Positions 43,279 through 53,256 of a DNA stretch of 64,000 nt are shown here, in pieces. The notes beneath the pieces are model-generated. The model saw nothing but the letters and a program-made list of their open reading frames with translations, was not told where the DNA came from and ran no database searches. The DNA comes from a virus (lineage: Duplodnaviria; Caudoviricetes), in the IMG/VR virus record IMGVR_UViG_3300027212_000010, positions 3,097 through 67,096 of that record, one strand, 5' to 3'. Both the position numbers and the translations under genes were made by a program. Each line of letters begins with the position of its first letter. Positions within the stretch are counted from its first letter, which is position 1.

Positions 43279-44266
43279 TGTCCTTTATAAGACCATCAAC
43301 AACTTTAGGGTTGCCTCTTAGATAAGCTACGGCTTTAGCACGTCCCTGAAGTCTTTCTCCATTAACAGTATACCAAGCTCCACCTTTTTCCACTGCCCCG
43401 ACCATCTCTGCAACGTCAAGAGTTTCTCCTACTGAATCAACGCCTAAAGATTCTCCTTGATAGTAGAAGTCGTATTGTCCTGAAAGGTTAGGGGGGCCGA
43501 GCTTGTTGTAATCAATAATCCAATTGACTGGCCTGCCAACTCTTTGTTCAATAATTTTGTCACCAACTTTAATGCCTGCCTTAATCGCATTTGCTTCAGC
43601 CTCTGAGGACCAAAGCTTAATAACTGTTGAAGAAAAGAATTTGACTGCCATTCCCCCTGTTGGGATATGGGAAGCATGCATAGATCCAAATTGATTTCTT
43701 TGCTGTGAGATGAGAACCAGTAATGTGTTTTTATTTGCATAGTTTAACATTTTGACTGCGTGAGTCATATCCTTTGCTTCGGCGCCGATTTGCTTTGTGT
43801 CTTGCAAATCCTTCATTTCATTTCCATCTTTTTCAAAATAAATTGCTGGCAATAATGCTGAAATAGAATCTACAACAATAATATCTACGCCCGCATCCAT
43901 TAATTTTGTAGCAACATCCACCATGTCATTGACGGTTTTTGCTGGAGAGTAAATAAGAGAAGAGGAATCTACTCCCAACTGTTCAGCCCATGATTGATCA
44001 TAAGATGCTTCTGCATCAATCCAAGCGCATGTCTTTCCTTCTTTTTGTGCAAGAGCAATCATCTGTAAACAAAATGAAGATTTGCCTGCAGACTTATTTC
44101 CCCAAACAAGGGCCTGTCTGCCGTAGCCTAATCCACCTCTTAATGCCATGTTAAGGCCAATACTTGGTGTCTTTTGTTTTTCAACCTTTACATCTTGTGC
44201 TGCTTTTACTCTTGCTCTTGTTTTTGGATCTAATCCTGCTAGGATGTCATCAATCGCTATAGTCAT
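43262..44266 (-). CDS. recA: RecA-like recombinase
   Basis: WGNKSAGKS; WIDAE; VVDSISAL; TGGMAVKF; GAWY. Confidence 0.93.
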   Translation of the reverse strand: MTIAIDDILAGLDPKTRARVKAAQDVKVEKQKTPSIGLNMALRGGLGYGRQALVWGNKSAGKSSFCLQMIALAQKEGKTCAWIDAEASYDQSWAEQLGVDSSSLIYSPAKTVNDMVDVATKLMDAGVDIIVVDSISALLPAIYFEKDGNEMKDLQDTKQIGAEAKDMTHAVKMLNYANKNTLLVLISQQRNQFGSMHASHIPTGGMAVKFFSSTVIKLWSSEAEANAIKAGIKVGDKIIEQRVGRPVNWIIDYNKLGPPNLSGQYDFYYQGESLGVDSVGETLDVAEMVGAVEKGGAWYTVNGERLQGRAKAVAYLRGNPKVVDGLIKDIDAKS

Positions 44267-44297
44267 TTTTTTCTCTCTCTTTGATACAATTATATCA

Positions 44298-44687
44298 TTA
44301 AAATAAATTGCCGTGAAGTGCTGGTCGGTCCTTATTTATTTCTATTTTATTAAATAAAACTTCATCTAAACTATGAGTTACAAAGCCAGCATTTCGCATA
44401 GATGCATACAAATCAAGAGTTCTAATTATAATGTCAACCATTTCTTCAACAATCTGCTCAGACCCTTTATTTTTTCTAATCGCTTCAAGGACTTCAGTTA
44501 CTTCAGAATGAACCAATGCAAGCTTATTGCCAAAGACATCAAAGTTTTTTGGGTTATTCCAAAAACCTTTTTCAATTGCCGTTTCGTGAAGTAGTGCTGA
44601 TAAAACATCTAGCCCATAGTCTGTTACAAGCTCTACGTCATTACTCGAAGTCTGTAATGAGCTGGTCGTTATTTGTCCCTGATTCAT
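44298..44687 (-). CDS. MazG-like NTP pyrophosphohydrolase
   Basis: LALVHSEVTEVLEA; EEMVDIIIR.LD. Confidence 0.8.
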   Translation of the reverse strand: MNQGQITTSSLQTSSNDVELVTDYGLDVLSALLHETAIEKGFWNNPKNFDVFGNKLALVHSEVTEVLEAIRKNKGSEQIVEEMVDIIIRTLDLYASMRNAGFVTHSLDEVLFNKIEINKDRPALHGNLF

Positions 44688-44874
44688 CTTTTCCTTTTAA
44701 CTTAAACTTAAATGATTGATTCTCTGAGTCGTAATCAACTTGAAGCTCTTTATCAATTGTTGCTGCGTTAATAAATAAATCGCTAGGTATTGTAATTTCA
44801 TTTTGCATTTCTAATATTGCAACTAATATCTTTGATACATTTAATGATGCAAAAATATCTTGTTCTTGTGTCAT
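44641..44874 (-). CDS. hypothetical protein, paralogue 1 of 3
   Basis: LNVSKILVAIL...YDSENQSFKFKL. Confidence 0.7.
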   Translation of the reverse strand: MTQEQDIFASLNVSKILVAILEMQNEITIPSDLFINAATIDKELQVDYDSENQSFKFKLKGKDESGTNNDQLITDFE

Positions 44875-45305
44875 TCTTCCTCCTTAAGGAATTTTATGCC
44901 ATAGACATTCCATGGCCTTCTTATTGAAAAGAAGCCTACAGTTTCATTATTATTCTGTGTATGAAGACCTTCTTCATAACTTACAATTCTCATTGATACC
45001 TTGTCTGTCTTGGCGTTGTAATAAACATTAACGTGTCCGCCAATATCTTTGATGTAGTCATGAAAGTCTGGATCATATGGGTTTACAGATGTGTCATTAG
45101 GTGGCATGTCGTATTTGTTTAAATGAATTAAATCTTTTCTATCAAAAACAAACTCGCCAAGATTCTCAAATAAAAGAGTTAAAAGAACTGAAGAGTTTAA
45201 CCTATTAAACATTTCAGTAACCTGACTATTTCTTCTATCAGTTTCTTCTGCAGTTAATGTCCTGCCATCATCGTGATAGTCAGTAGGCGTCCAATTTTTT
45301 TCCAT
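44871..45305 (-). CDS. hypothetical protein, paralogue 2 of 3
   Basis: LNSSVLLTLLF...YNAKTDKVSMRI. Confidence 0.7.
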   Translation of the reverse strand: MEKNWTPTDYHDDGRTLTAEETDRRNSQVTEMFNRLNSSVLLTLLFENLGEFVFDRKDLIHLNKYDMPPNDTSVNPYDPDFHDYIKDIGGHVNVYYNAKTDKVSMRIVSYEEGLHTQNNNETVGFFSIRRPWNVYGIKFLKEEE

Positions 45306-45316
45306 ATCATCGTCTC

Positions 45317-45679
45317 CTAGGAATGTGCATAGTCATTCCATCTTGATCTTAGGCAAACGTATCCAATGCTGTTGCCAACTCCCACAAGTGCCTCTGCTTC
45401 TTCTCGTGACATAAGATTAAATGTAAACACCTTTTCTTGAGAGTCATAATCAATCTGTGCGTATCCACCAGACTCTTTTATGTAGTCCATATAGGTGTCC
45501 ATGTAGGTATCTATGGCATTAAAGTCTTGTAAGTCCTCTGGCTTGTGATAATTTGTTATGTTATCAAGCTCTTCTTTTGTAATAGAAACTGGGCCGACTG
45601 ATTTTAAAACTGCTGTCAGCAAATTGGAAGCATTAAATCTTTTTACTAGCACCTCTAATGATGGCGGTTCTTCTGTCAT
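45317..45679 (-). CDS. hypothetical protein, paralogue 3 of 3
   Basis: FNASNLLTAVL...YDSQEKVFTFNL. Confidence 0.7.
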   Translation of the reverse strand: MTEEPPSLEVLVKRFNASNLLTAVLKSVGPVSITKEELDNITNYHKPEDLQDFNAIDTYMDTYMDYIKESGGYAQIDYDSQEKVFTFNLMSREEAEALVGVGNSIGYVCLRSRWNDYAHS

Positions 45680-48600
45680 TTTATTTCCTTTATATTCAAG
45701 GTTCCATCATCCAATTTGGCTAATGTAACTTTACATTTCATTCCCTCACGCATCTTAGCAAGAGTCATTTTGTACATTGCTGGGAAAGCAATTGCTCTAG
45801 TTAAAACTTTATTCTTATCTGATAGAACTATGTGGCTCATCTGTTTTCCTGCCTTAGTTGTATATGGGGTAAAGTTTACCACAACATACTCGTCTTCTTC
45901 AAGGTCGTACGACTTAGCATATAGATAGTCGACAAATAAATCATTTGATTTTGGATCTATATCGCTTACCTTGACATACCTTGCAATACGATTATCTCCA
46001 ACAAGGATAAAGTACATTTGATTTGTTTCAATTTGAGTCTGCTCTGTATGGAATAGCCCTACTGTTCCAGTCTCATCTACCAGTTCAACTCTGGCCCAAC
46101 CATTACCTCGTTTAATTGATTTAACCATTCCAAACATAACAAATGATCCTAGGTCGTCAAAGTCTTCAATAGGTCTAGCCTGTGCTTTAATCCTAGGTGG
46201 TATCCCTTCTAAATTAAAACTTGGAATGCTTAGGTATTCGTAGTAATTGTCTTTTTCATTTCCCTGCCTTTTGTTATCAGGGAACGCAGCACCGCCGATG
46301 GCGTTAAGAGCAGCAACAGCACGGCTATTAATGCCAGAACCTTTCTTTGATGCCTTCTCAATAAAATCAGCATAATCACTGTAAGGTCTTCTTTCTATGA
46401 TCTTGTTTGCAATACTATCTGAAATAAACTTTACTTCAGCTAGCCCAAATCTAATAGAATCTTTTTGTAATGAAAAGTATAGCCCTGATTCATTAATGTG
46501 TGGGAGCAATACCTTAAGGCCTAATCTTTTTGCCTCAATTAAATACTCTGTTCTGGCGTCTTTGTCATTTTCATTTTTAAGAATTGAAAACATGAACTCA
46601 AGCGGATAATAAAACTTAAGCCAAGCAGTATAGTAACTAAGCATAGAGTAAGCAACAGCATGGGAGCGGTTAAAAGAATAACCAGCATGCGCTTCAAAAT
46701 CGTGCCACAACGCTTCGGCTTTTTTCTTAGTAATGTGTTTTGAAGCCCCAGTAACAAACTTATCTTTGAACTGGTCAAATTCTTTTGCATCTTTTTTCTT
46801 TCCAATAATCTTGCGGACCTTATCAGCCTCTGCCCAAGTCATACCGCCAAGGTGTACACATGCCTGCATAACCTGCTCTTGATATATAATAACACCATAT
46901 GTATTCTCGGTAAAAGGCTTCATGATTGTGTGCATGTAGTCTACGGCTTCATTGCCATTCTTACGATTAATGTATGCCGCTCCTACTGTATTCATTGCAC
47001 CAGGTCGTACGAGGGCATTAGAGGCAGCAAGATCTTCAAATTTATCTATGCCCATTTTAATCAAAAGGTTTGTGTAGGGTGTTGCTTCTGCTTGGAACAC
47101 ACCCTTTGTATAACCATCATTCAGCATCTTATACACATCGGCGTCATCCATAGCCATTTCAGAAAGATTTATTGTATTGCCATGTCTGTCCTTAATTGAC
47201 TTAAGAGTGTCAGAGATCACAGATAAAGTCTTAAGACCTAGCGCATCTAGCTTAATAAGACCTATATCTGCAACCGTATCCATATCGTATGCGACGACTG
47301 GAATTCTTCCTGATACCTTATCTTGGGAGTCTTCACGAGATTCTACTGGTGCAAACTTTCTTAAATCATCTTTTGCAACCACTACTCCAGCGGCGTGTAC
47401 TCCAACAGATCTGATTCTTCCACGTAGTCTATCGGCAAGCCAAACAACTTCTGGGTATCTCAATCTAAATTCTTTTGTATTTGGCGAATCAATAAAGTCT
47501 TCAAATGTATCTACCGATTTTAATGCACGGTTAACTTCTTGAAGAGGAACCATAAATACACGAGCAGCATCTCTAACGACACCCTTGTCCTTGAAGTAAG
47601 TGTATGTAGAAATAGAAGCAACGTGCTTAAACTTCTTTTTTAGATAGTCTTTAACTTCTTTTCTGCGACGGTCTTCAAAGTCAGTATCAATATCTGGAAA
47701 GTCATTACGCTCTTCATTAATAAATCTAAAGAACAAAAGGTTATATTTAATTGGATCTACATCTGTAATTCCAAGTGCGTAGCAAACAAGTGAGCCTGCT
47801 GCAGAACCACGGCCTGGCCCAACACGAATATCATTTTCTTTTGCCCAATTAATCATATCTCCAACAACAAGGAAGTATGAGGCAAAGTTTTTCTTAGCAA
47901 TAATGCTAAGCTCTTCGTTAAGCCTGTCAATATAGGCAGGGTCTGAAGCCTTCTGAAGGCTCTCTAGGCCCTTTTCAGCCAACTCCCTTAGTCTTTCATC
48001 GGCATCAGTCTTTGGCACTGGCAGCAGGTCTAAGCCCTGATAGAAGTCATATTCTCCTACCTTGTCTGCAATCTCCATTGTATTCTCATAGATGTCTGTT
48101 CGATTAATTCCAGCCTTATTAAAGTCTGCCTCTATCTCAGAACGGTTTTGAATAAATAAATTCATATCTTGAAATGAAATTCTGCGGTCAGGATAAAGAT
48201 AATTAAATCTATCTAACATGTCTTTCATGTTTCTAGACATATCAAAGTCAGCATCTTTATCAAACTTAGGAGATGTTGATAGAATTAATAACGCTTCCTC
48301 TAGGATTCTATCTTCTTCTTTAGCAAAGTGAGCATCTCCTGTTGCAACCGCCTTAATTTCAAGCTTGTCTGCTAATTCTAAAAGGGCGGAGTTGATCTCC
48401 ACAGGGTTATGTGATTGCACTTCCACGTAAAAATCTTGTCCGAAAGTTTGTTTAAAGTCTTTGAGAAGAAGTTCTGCTTCCTCCATGTTACCTTTATCGA
48501 TAGCCTTACTAATGAGTCCATTAAGACATCCGCTGAGAACGATAATACCTTCGCTATAATCATTTAAAATCTCCCTATCAATACGTGGCTTATGATAAAA

Positions 48601-48945
48601 GCCCTCGTTCCAAGCAAGCTCCTGTAGAGTATTTATATTCTCCAACCCCTTTTTATTTTTCGCTAGCAAAATAATATGGTTATAGGCTTGAATAGACTTG
48701 TCTGTTTTAGAAGACCTGTCAAACCTATCCGTTGGAGAAATGTACGCCTCAACACCAAGAATCGGCTTAATGCCAATTTCCTTTGCGGCAATTTGCATAT
48801 CTCTGTGTGAAGAGAGAGTGCCATGGTCTGTAATTGCAATCGCAGTTTGTCCAGCATCCAGCGCTGCTTGGCATAATTCTTTAGGTGAATTTAGTCCATC
48901 CATTAACGAATAATAGGAGTGAACGTGTAGGTGTGCAAAGCTCAT
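45676..48945 (-). CDS. dnaE: DNA polymerase III alpha subunit
   Basis: PHP HLHVHS.YS.LDG; GPGRGSAAGS; PDIDTDF; HAAGVV; KLDALGL; YSFN.SHA. Confidence 0.97.
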   Translation of the reverse strand: MSFAHLHVHSYYSLMDGLNSPKELCQAALDAGQTAIAITDHGTLSSHRDMQIAAKEIGIKPILGVEAYISPTDRFDRSSKTDKSIQAYNHIILLAKNKKGLENINTLQELAWNEGFYHKPRIDREILNDYSEGIIVLSGCLNGLISKAIDKGNMEEAELLLKDFKQTFGQDFYVEVQSHNPVEINSALLELADKLEIKAVATGDAHFAKEEDRILEEALLILSTSPKFDKDADFDMSRNMKDMLDRFNYLYPDRRISFQDMNLFIQNRSEIEADFNKAGINRTDIYENTMEIADKVGEYDFYQGLDLLPVPKTDADERLRELAEKGLESLQKASDPAYIDRLNEELSIIAKKNFASYFLVVGDMINWAKENDIRVGPGRGSAAGSLVCYALGITDVDPIKYNLLFFRFINEERNDFPDIDTDFEDRRRKEVKDYLKKKFKHVASISTYTYFKDKGVVRDAARVFMVPLQEVNRALKSVDTFEDFIDSPNTKEFRLRYPEVVWLADRLRGRIRSVGVHAAGVVVAKDDLRKFAPVESREDSQDKVSGRIPVVAYDMDTVADIGLIKLDALGLKTLSVISDTLKSIKDRHGNTINLSEMAMDDADVYKMLNDGYTKGVFQAEATPYTNLLIKMGIDKFEDLAASNALVRPGAMNTVGAAYINRKNGNEAVDYMHTIMKPFTENTYGVIIYQEQVMQACVHLGGMTWAEADKVRKIIGKKKDAKEFDQFKDKFVTGASKHITKKKAEALWHDFEAHAGYSFNRSHAVAYSMLSYYTAWLKFYYPLEFMFSILKNENDKDARTEYLIEAKRLGLKVLLPHINESGLYFSLQKDSIRFGLAEVKFISDSIANKIIERRPYSDYADFIEKASKKGSGINSRAVAALNAIGGAAFPDNKRQGNEKDNYYEYLSIPSFNLEGIPPRIKAQARPIEDFDDLGSFVMFGMVKSIKRGNGWARVELVDETGTVGLFHTEQTQIETNQMYFILVGDNRIARYVKVSDIDPKSNDLFVDYLYAKSYDLEEDEYVVVNFTPYTTKAGKQMSHIVLSDKNKVLTRAIAFPAMYKMTLAKMREGMKCKVTLAKLDDGTLNIKEIK

Positions 48946-49136
48946 GCTCTTGCCGTTTTCTCAAGGTAGTGAATTACATCGCAATCTATATCACAAAGAT
49001 CAAGAGATATAATATCTGCCACAATATCTGATCTAATTGAGTTCATTACTGCTCTGGTCAATTGCTGATCAAGATCTAATTCAAGATTAACATACTTAAC
49101 CCAAGGTTTGCGTAATGTGTATGGTCCAATTTTCAT
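48942..49136 (-). CDS. hypothetical protein
   Basis: ORF track. Confidence 0.6.
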   Translation of the reverse strand: MKIGPYTLRKPWVKYVNLELDLDQQLTRAVMNSIRSDIVADIISLDLCDIDCDVIHYLEKTARA

Positions 49137-49354
49137 TCTAACTCCTTCTCAATAGCTTCAATGGTTAAGCAAGGTAAGGCATCTCCACACTCGCACATAT
49201 CAGGACCGCAACAATCATTTTCGCCGCATCCCATATATCTTGGCTTATGTAATTCCACTACTGCACGAAGGGCGTGTACTGATTGAGCATCACCATTGTA
49301 AAGTGCAACATCTAATCTACGATTGATTTCAATTAGCAATTCATCGTGTGTCAT
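49133..49354 (-). CDS. Cys-rich hypothetical protein
   Basis: ALRAVVELH.P...C...C. Confidence 0.65.
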   Translation of the reverse strand: MTHDELLIEINRRLDVALYNGDAQSVHALRAVVELHKPRYMGCGENDCCGPDMCECGDALPCLTIEAIEKELE

Positions 49355-49493
49355 TTTAGATCCTTAGATACTAGATACTTGTCCATGAGCTGATCAAAGA
49401 CTTCTTTACATTTCTCATCACTCCAGCCATTTTCCATGCCAGTAGTTGATACCGCTTCTCTTAGTTTAATCTTATACCAGAATAGATCATTCA

Positions 49494-49700
49494 TTAATAT
49501 CCGCCTAAGCATTCATTTCTAGTATGATAAAGTCTGATCTTGGTCATTGTTTTTTTATTTGGTGCATATAGCTCTTCACCGCAACATGCTGATTTTAAAT
49601 ACCATTCTTTTGCAAAGAAATCATATAGCATTCCTTTATAATTTCTATATTTGTGCGCCACAAAAACATCAAAAGGATCTGGAATTTCGTAAGTGGTCAT
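49494..49700 (-). CDS. hypothetical protein (leaderless)
   Basis: TTGACT-17-TAGAAT with ATG at +12. Confidence 0.7.
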   Translation of the reverse strand: MTTYEIPDPFDVFVAHKYRNYKGMLYDFFAKEWYLKSACCGEELYAPNKKTMTKIRLYHTRNECLGGY

Positions 49701-49723
49701 AATGGTATTCTACTAAATAGAAT

Positions 49724-49747
49724 AGGGGCAGTCAATAGACTGCCCCT
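49724..49747 (-). terminator. perfect 10-bp hairpin after SSB, overlapping next -35
   Basis: AGGGGCAGTC-AATA-GACTGCCCCT. Confidence 0.7.
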
Positions 49748-49759
49748 AGACATATTAAT

Positions 49760-50431
49760 TTACCAGTCTACGCTACTGCCAGATGCAGAAGCTTCTTCGG
49801 TGTGCCCGCCTTCACCAGCAAAGAATGCTTCTTGCTCTGTGTATGGCATATCACGAACTGCGGTTGTTTCCAAGTCGTAAAGTTCAAGTGATGAAGAATC
49901 AAATGGAGCCTCATCCTTTGCGAGTGGAATAATTGTATAACTTGTATCGGTCTTTGTGCCTGAGCGCTTAATGCGCCACATTAGGTTTGTAATTGAACCC
50001 ATTTCTCCAGCGTATTCAATTAGTGTTGGTGTGATTGTCTTTCCGCTTGAACCCTGAGAAAGAATTGCCACGTATGGATCTTCTTTTCCATCGTCAATAA
50101 GAACATTGGTGTAAAGTCGTGAACGACCTTTCCATCCCGCCTTGTAGTCCTTTCGGTGTTGTTCGCAACCATAGCACTTGCCTTGGTCTTCCATAGAACA
50201 TAAAGCCTTGCGGCGGTAGTCTTTTGGATTTGTGTGCTCTACGGCAATAAAGCCTAAGCCATTCTTTTCGTTGTATGTTGGTGAATCTGGATCAAGCTCT
50301 TGAAGGAAACGAACCTTCACGCTTTCTGCATCTTCAAGTTTTGCCCAACGAGCTTTCACTCCGTCTCCGCCTGAGTGTTGCGGTGCATCCATAACCTTAT
50401 TCAGGTCTTTTAGTCCTTTAACGATACCCAT
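49760..50431 (-). CDS. ssDNA-binding protein (gp32-like)
   Basis: VRFL.E; H...C...CYGC; TSYTIIP; acidic tail ending in W; located in the replication cluster. Confidence 0.65.
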   Translation of the reverse strand: MGIVKGLKDLNKVMDAPQHSGGDGVKARWAKLEDAESVKVRFLQELDPDSPTYNEKNGLGFIAVEHTNPKDYRRKALCSMEDQGKCYGCEQHRKDYKAGWKGRSRLYTNVLIDDGKEDPYVAILSQGSSGKTITPTLIEYAGEMGSITNLMWRIKRSGTKTDTSYTIIPLAKDEAPFDSSSLELYDLETTAVRDMPYTEQEAFFAGEGGHTEEASASGSSVDW

Positions 50432-50479
50432 TGTATCTCCTTATTTTATAGTTGATGGTATAGATCCATCTGTCTTACT

Positions 50480-50501
50480 AGTATAGCATTACCAACTGAC
50501 A
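50480..50501 (-). promoter_or_regulatory. 16th TGTCAG-N10-TATACT promoter, upstream of SSB
   Basis: Minus strand reads TTGAAT-A-TGTCAG-TTGGTAATGC-TATACT. Confidence 0.75.
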
Positions 50502-51481
50502 TATTCAATATGGGAGACAGAATTTTTAATGCATTGTTTTATTTCCTGGTCCGTCATATCGCCTACATCTTTTGCGTCATGAGGGTATATCCTACCATAA
50601 TCGTATGATGCCCACAAGATGTCTTTTGTATTTAATCTATTTGCAATACTTAGGCCAAGCTCACGCCCAGCCTCATCAGCATCAGTCATTATTATAATTG
50701 TGCTGAAATATTTATTTAATAGCCTTTGTTGCTGAGAAGATAGAGATCCTCCAAGCGTGGCTACAACATTAGGGAAGCCAGCCTGATGCACACGGATTGC
50801 ATCAAAGCTAGACTCAACTATTATGACATTGCTGCCAATTTTTTTAGCACGATGTATATTAAACATTGTTTTGCTTTTAGGCAAATTTGTACTATTCTTA
50901 AAAGACTTTCCTTCAATTGATCTTCCAACAATTCCAATTGGTATACCGTCTGGGCTGTGAACTGGAACAGTAACCATCCCCATGTTTTTAGAGTAGCCTA
51001 AATCAAAATCAACAATTGATTGGCCTTCAATTCCCCTAGACTTAAAATAATCTTTTCCTTCTTGTGTAGAAACTAATTCAGTATAAAGCTTTACAAGAGT
51101 TTCTTTTGGGAACTCTTCAAATTCTGGCTTGTCTTCCATTAAGCCTTCAAGCAATTCATCAAAATTTTCTAGCACTTCATTTTGCTTTGAGCCAATAAAT
51201 CTTAGTGCTTCAAAATCATTCTTGTGCAGAATTCTTTTAACAAGTTCGACAAGGTTGCCAGACTCACCACATGCTGGGTTGTAGCAGAGCCATGCACCAT
51301 TCTCACAACTAATGCTAAAGCTTGCAGTGTGTCTATTGGAATGGAATGGACAATACATTAATAAATTATTATTTGCTTCTGAAGTTTCATGTAGGCCTAA
51401 AGCCTTTACAATTGCTTTTACTTGCGAGATAGCGTATTGCGTGGAATCAGCTTTCCTTGCGTAATTGCCTCTGAGTGCCAT
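50489..51481 (-). CDS. dnaG: DNA primase (CHC2 Zn finger plus TOPRIM)
   Basis: CPFH...CYNPAC; IVGRS; IVESSFDA; DADEAG. Confidence 0.9.
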   Translation of the reverse strand: MALRGNYARKADSTQYAISQVKAIVKALGLHETSEANNNLLMYCPFHSNRHTASFSISCENGAWLCYNPACGESGNLVELVKRILHKNDFEALRFIGSKQNEVLENFDELLEGLMEDKPEFEEFPKETLVKLYTELVSTQEGKDYFKSRGIEGQSIVDFDLGYSKNMGMVTVPVHSPDGIPIGIVGRSIEGKSFKNSTNLPKSKTMFNIHRAKKIGSNVIIVESSFDAIRVHQAGFPNVVATLGGSLSSQQQRLLNKYFSTIIIMTDADEAGRELGLSIANRLNTKDILWASYDYGRIYPHDAKDVGDMTDQEIKQCIKNSVSHIEYVSW

Positions 51482-51708
51482 GCTTTCTTCTTTCCCACGT
51501 ATACCCCATAGAGTGTCATTAGGAACACCCATGTCGATCCATCAAATTCTACCGAAAAGTTAGTATCTATGTCAAGTACCCTAAGATATCCCTTGTCCCT
51601 CATCTGGTGCGTAAGCATACTTTCATATTGATGCTTAATGCGAACCATATCAGAGTCGTCTAGAAATTCAACTCTAACCTGAAATCTTTTTATCGTTTTG
51701 TGATTCAT
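51418..51708 (-). CDS. hypothetical protein
   Basis: Start at MNHKTI. Confidence 0.7.
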   Translation of the reverse strand: MNHKTIKRFQVRVEFLDDSDMVRIKHQYESMLTHQMRDKGYLRVLDIDTNFSVEFDGSTWVFLMTLYGVYVGKKKAWHSEAITQGKLIPRNTLSRK

Positions 51709-52936
51709 TATTTTGGAACGGATTCTCATAAATCTCTTTGACGATACCCCTGTTGATATCCCAATCTAAGTATAAACCAAACTCATGTCCATGTCGATTC
51801 TTGCGTGATACCACCTCAATCATATTTGTTCCTGGGTATCTGTGAACAGCCATAGCCATGTCTGCATCATATTCAATTGCCTTTGACCAAGCCACCTGCG
51901 ACATCATTGGTGGGTTATCTTGATCTGAAACGTCGTCTGCAGTTGCTGCAGTAATATCAATAATTGGAATATTGTTTGATACTGCTAGCATCTTGAACTC
52001 ACGAGAAACATTTCGGTTACGTTCAACTTCAGAATTACTTCGCTTGTTATCGTTAAATAGCTGATGATAGTCAAGGATTACTAGGTCTGGTTTGTGCTGG
52101 TCAATCTTACCTTGAATAGTTGCAGGAGTTACTTCAGTATTTCCCTCATTGGAAATAAGAATAAAGCTGTTTTTGTTTTCAAATTTCTTCTGAGACCATG
52201 AGCGGAAGTCATCAATATTAATATCACCCTTGGAAAAATCTGAAGCCTTAAACAGTCCTGAGCCAAGCATAGTATAGATACGATCACGCATATTCTCTGG
52301 GGACATTTCAAGAGAAACAATCATAGGCTTAAATCCTTGTTCCCATGCCTTACATGCAAGATATGAAGTAAACCATGTCTTACCACGGCCTGGCCAGCCG
52401 ATAGCGACGATTAGGTGCCCTGGAGCCATACCTGTTGGGTAAGCTAGGTCTATGGCCTCAAAACCCGTCCTGATGCCTGGAGAGCCACCCATTTCAGCAG
52501 ACCTTACACGCAATAACTCCATGTGCCTAATTGCGGCATCCGCATCAGTAATATCTAAGTCTCTTACATTATTGGTAAATCTGCTTAGACCAGCAAGCTG
52601 ACTTTGCATTTGTTCTAATACTCTTGAGGCAGCATCCTCTTTTAATGCTGAGCCACTCTTTAATAAAATGTTTTTTAATTTAGCAGATAGAAATTCATTT
52701 TTAAGTGTATCTAAATAGTAGCCAGTCTCTGCTTTAGTGTCTACTGGCTCAAAGTCTTTAAACTTTTCTTGAAGGATTCCTACTTCTGGTACAGCCTTAA
52801 ATTTATAATAATATGATTTTAGCCCTTCCCAAATATCTTTATGGGAGGTAAATAGATCGTCTACATTGTCTGCTAGCAAGGTGCTTATATCTTTATTTTT
52901 ACATACAGCAGAGATTAATGTTGCTTCTGTATTCAC
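51674..52936 (-). CDS. dnaB: replicative helicase
   Basis: GWPGRGKT; SLEMS; ILDYHQL; WSKAIEYDAD; KNRHG. Confidence 0.93.
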   Translation of the reverse strand: MNTEATLISAVCKNKDISTLLADNVDDLFTSHKDIWEGLKSYYYKFKAVPEVGILQEKFKDFEPVDTKAETGYYLDTLKNEFLSAKLKNILLKSGSALKEDAASRVLEQMQSQLAGLSRFTNNVRDLDITDADAAIRHMELLRVRSAEMGGSPGIRTGFEAIDLAYPTGMAPGHLIVAIGWPGRGKTWFTSYLACKAWEQGFKPMIVSLEMSPENMRDRIYTMLGSGLFKASDFSKGDINIDDFRSWSQKKFENKNSFILISNEGNTEVTPATIQGKIDQHKPDLVILDYHQLFNDNKRSNSEVERNRNVSREFKMLAVSNNIPIIDITAATADDVSDQDNPPMMSQVAWSKAIEYDADMAMAVHRYPGTNMIEVVSRKNRHGHEFGLYLDWDINRGIVKEIYENPFQNNESQNDKKISG

Positions 52937-53256
52937 TCTATTCCGCCTTGCTCTACCATCTTCTTCGTTTCTTCCAGTAACAAACGACGCTTTTCTTTAT
53001 CCTTTTCAATCTCAATCTTAAGTGCATCCATCTTATCAAAGTTATAAAAGAAGAATTGAAGTGGGTGCCCATTTTTAGTTAGCCCAAAATAATACTCTAG
53101 AAGTTCTTTTGCACGAGTATATCCTACACTATCAATGACGTCTTGCATAGCCCACTTTTCACGGAACTTATTAATAGTAACAGCCCTATTATATTTTTCT
53201 TTATATAGGTTCTGATAAAGAGTCAAAAGGATATACGGCTCTTTACTGTTTGCCAC
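52933..53256 (-). CDS. hypothetical protein
   Basis: ORF track; ATGA-coupled to dnaB. Confidence 0.75.
   Translation of the reverse strand: MANSKEPYILLTLYQNLYKEKYNRAVTINKFREKWAMQDVIDSVGYTRAKELLEYYFGLTKNGHPLQFFFYNFDKMDALKIEIEKDKEKRRLLLEETKKMVEQGGIE

Noticed and set aside
36785-52936. Inteins or introns in terL, recA, dnaE, dnaB
   Set aside because: ORFs are continuous and of normal length, with no C/S...HN splice motifs or LAGLIDADG seen.
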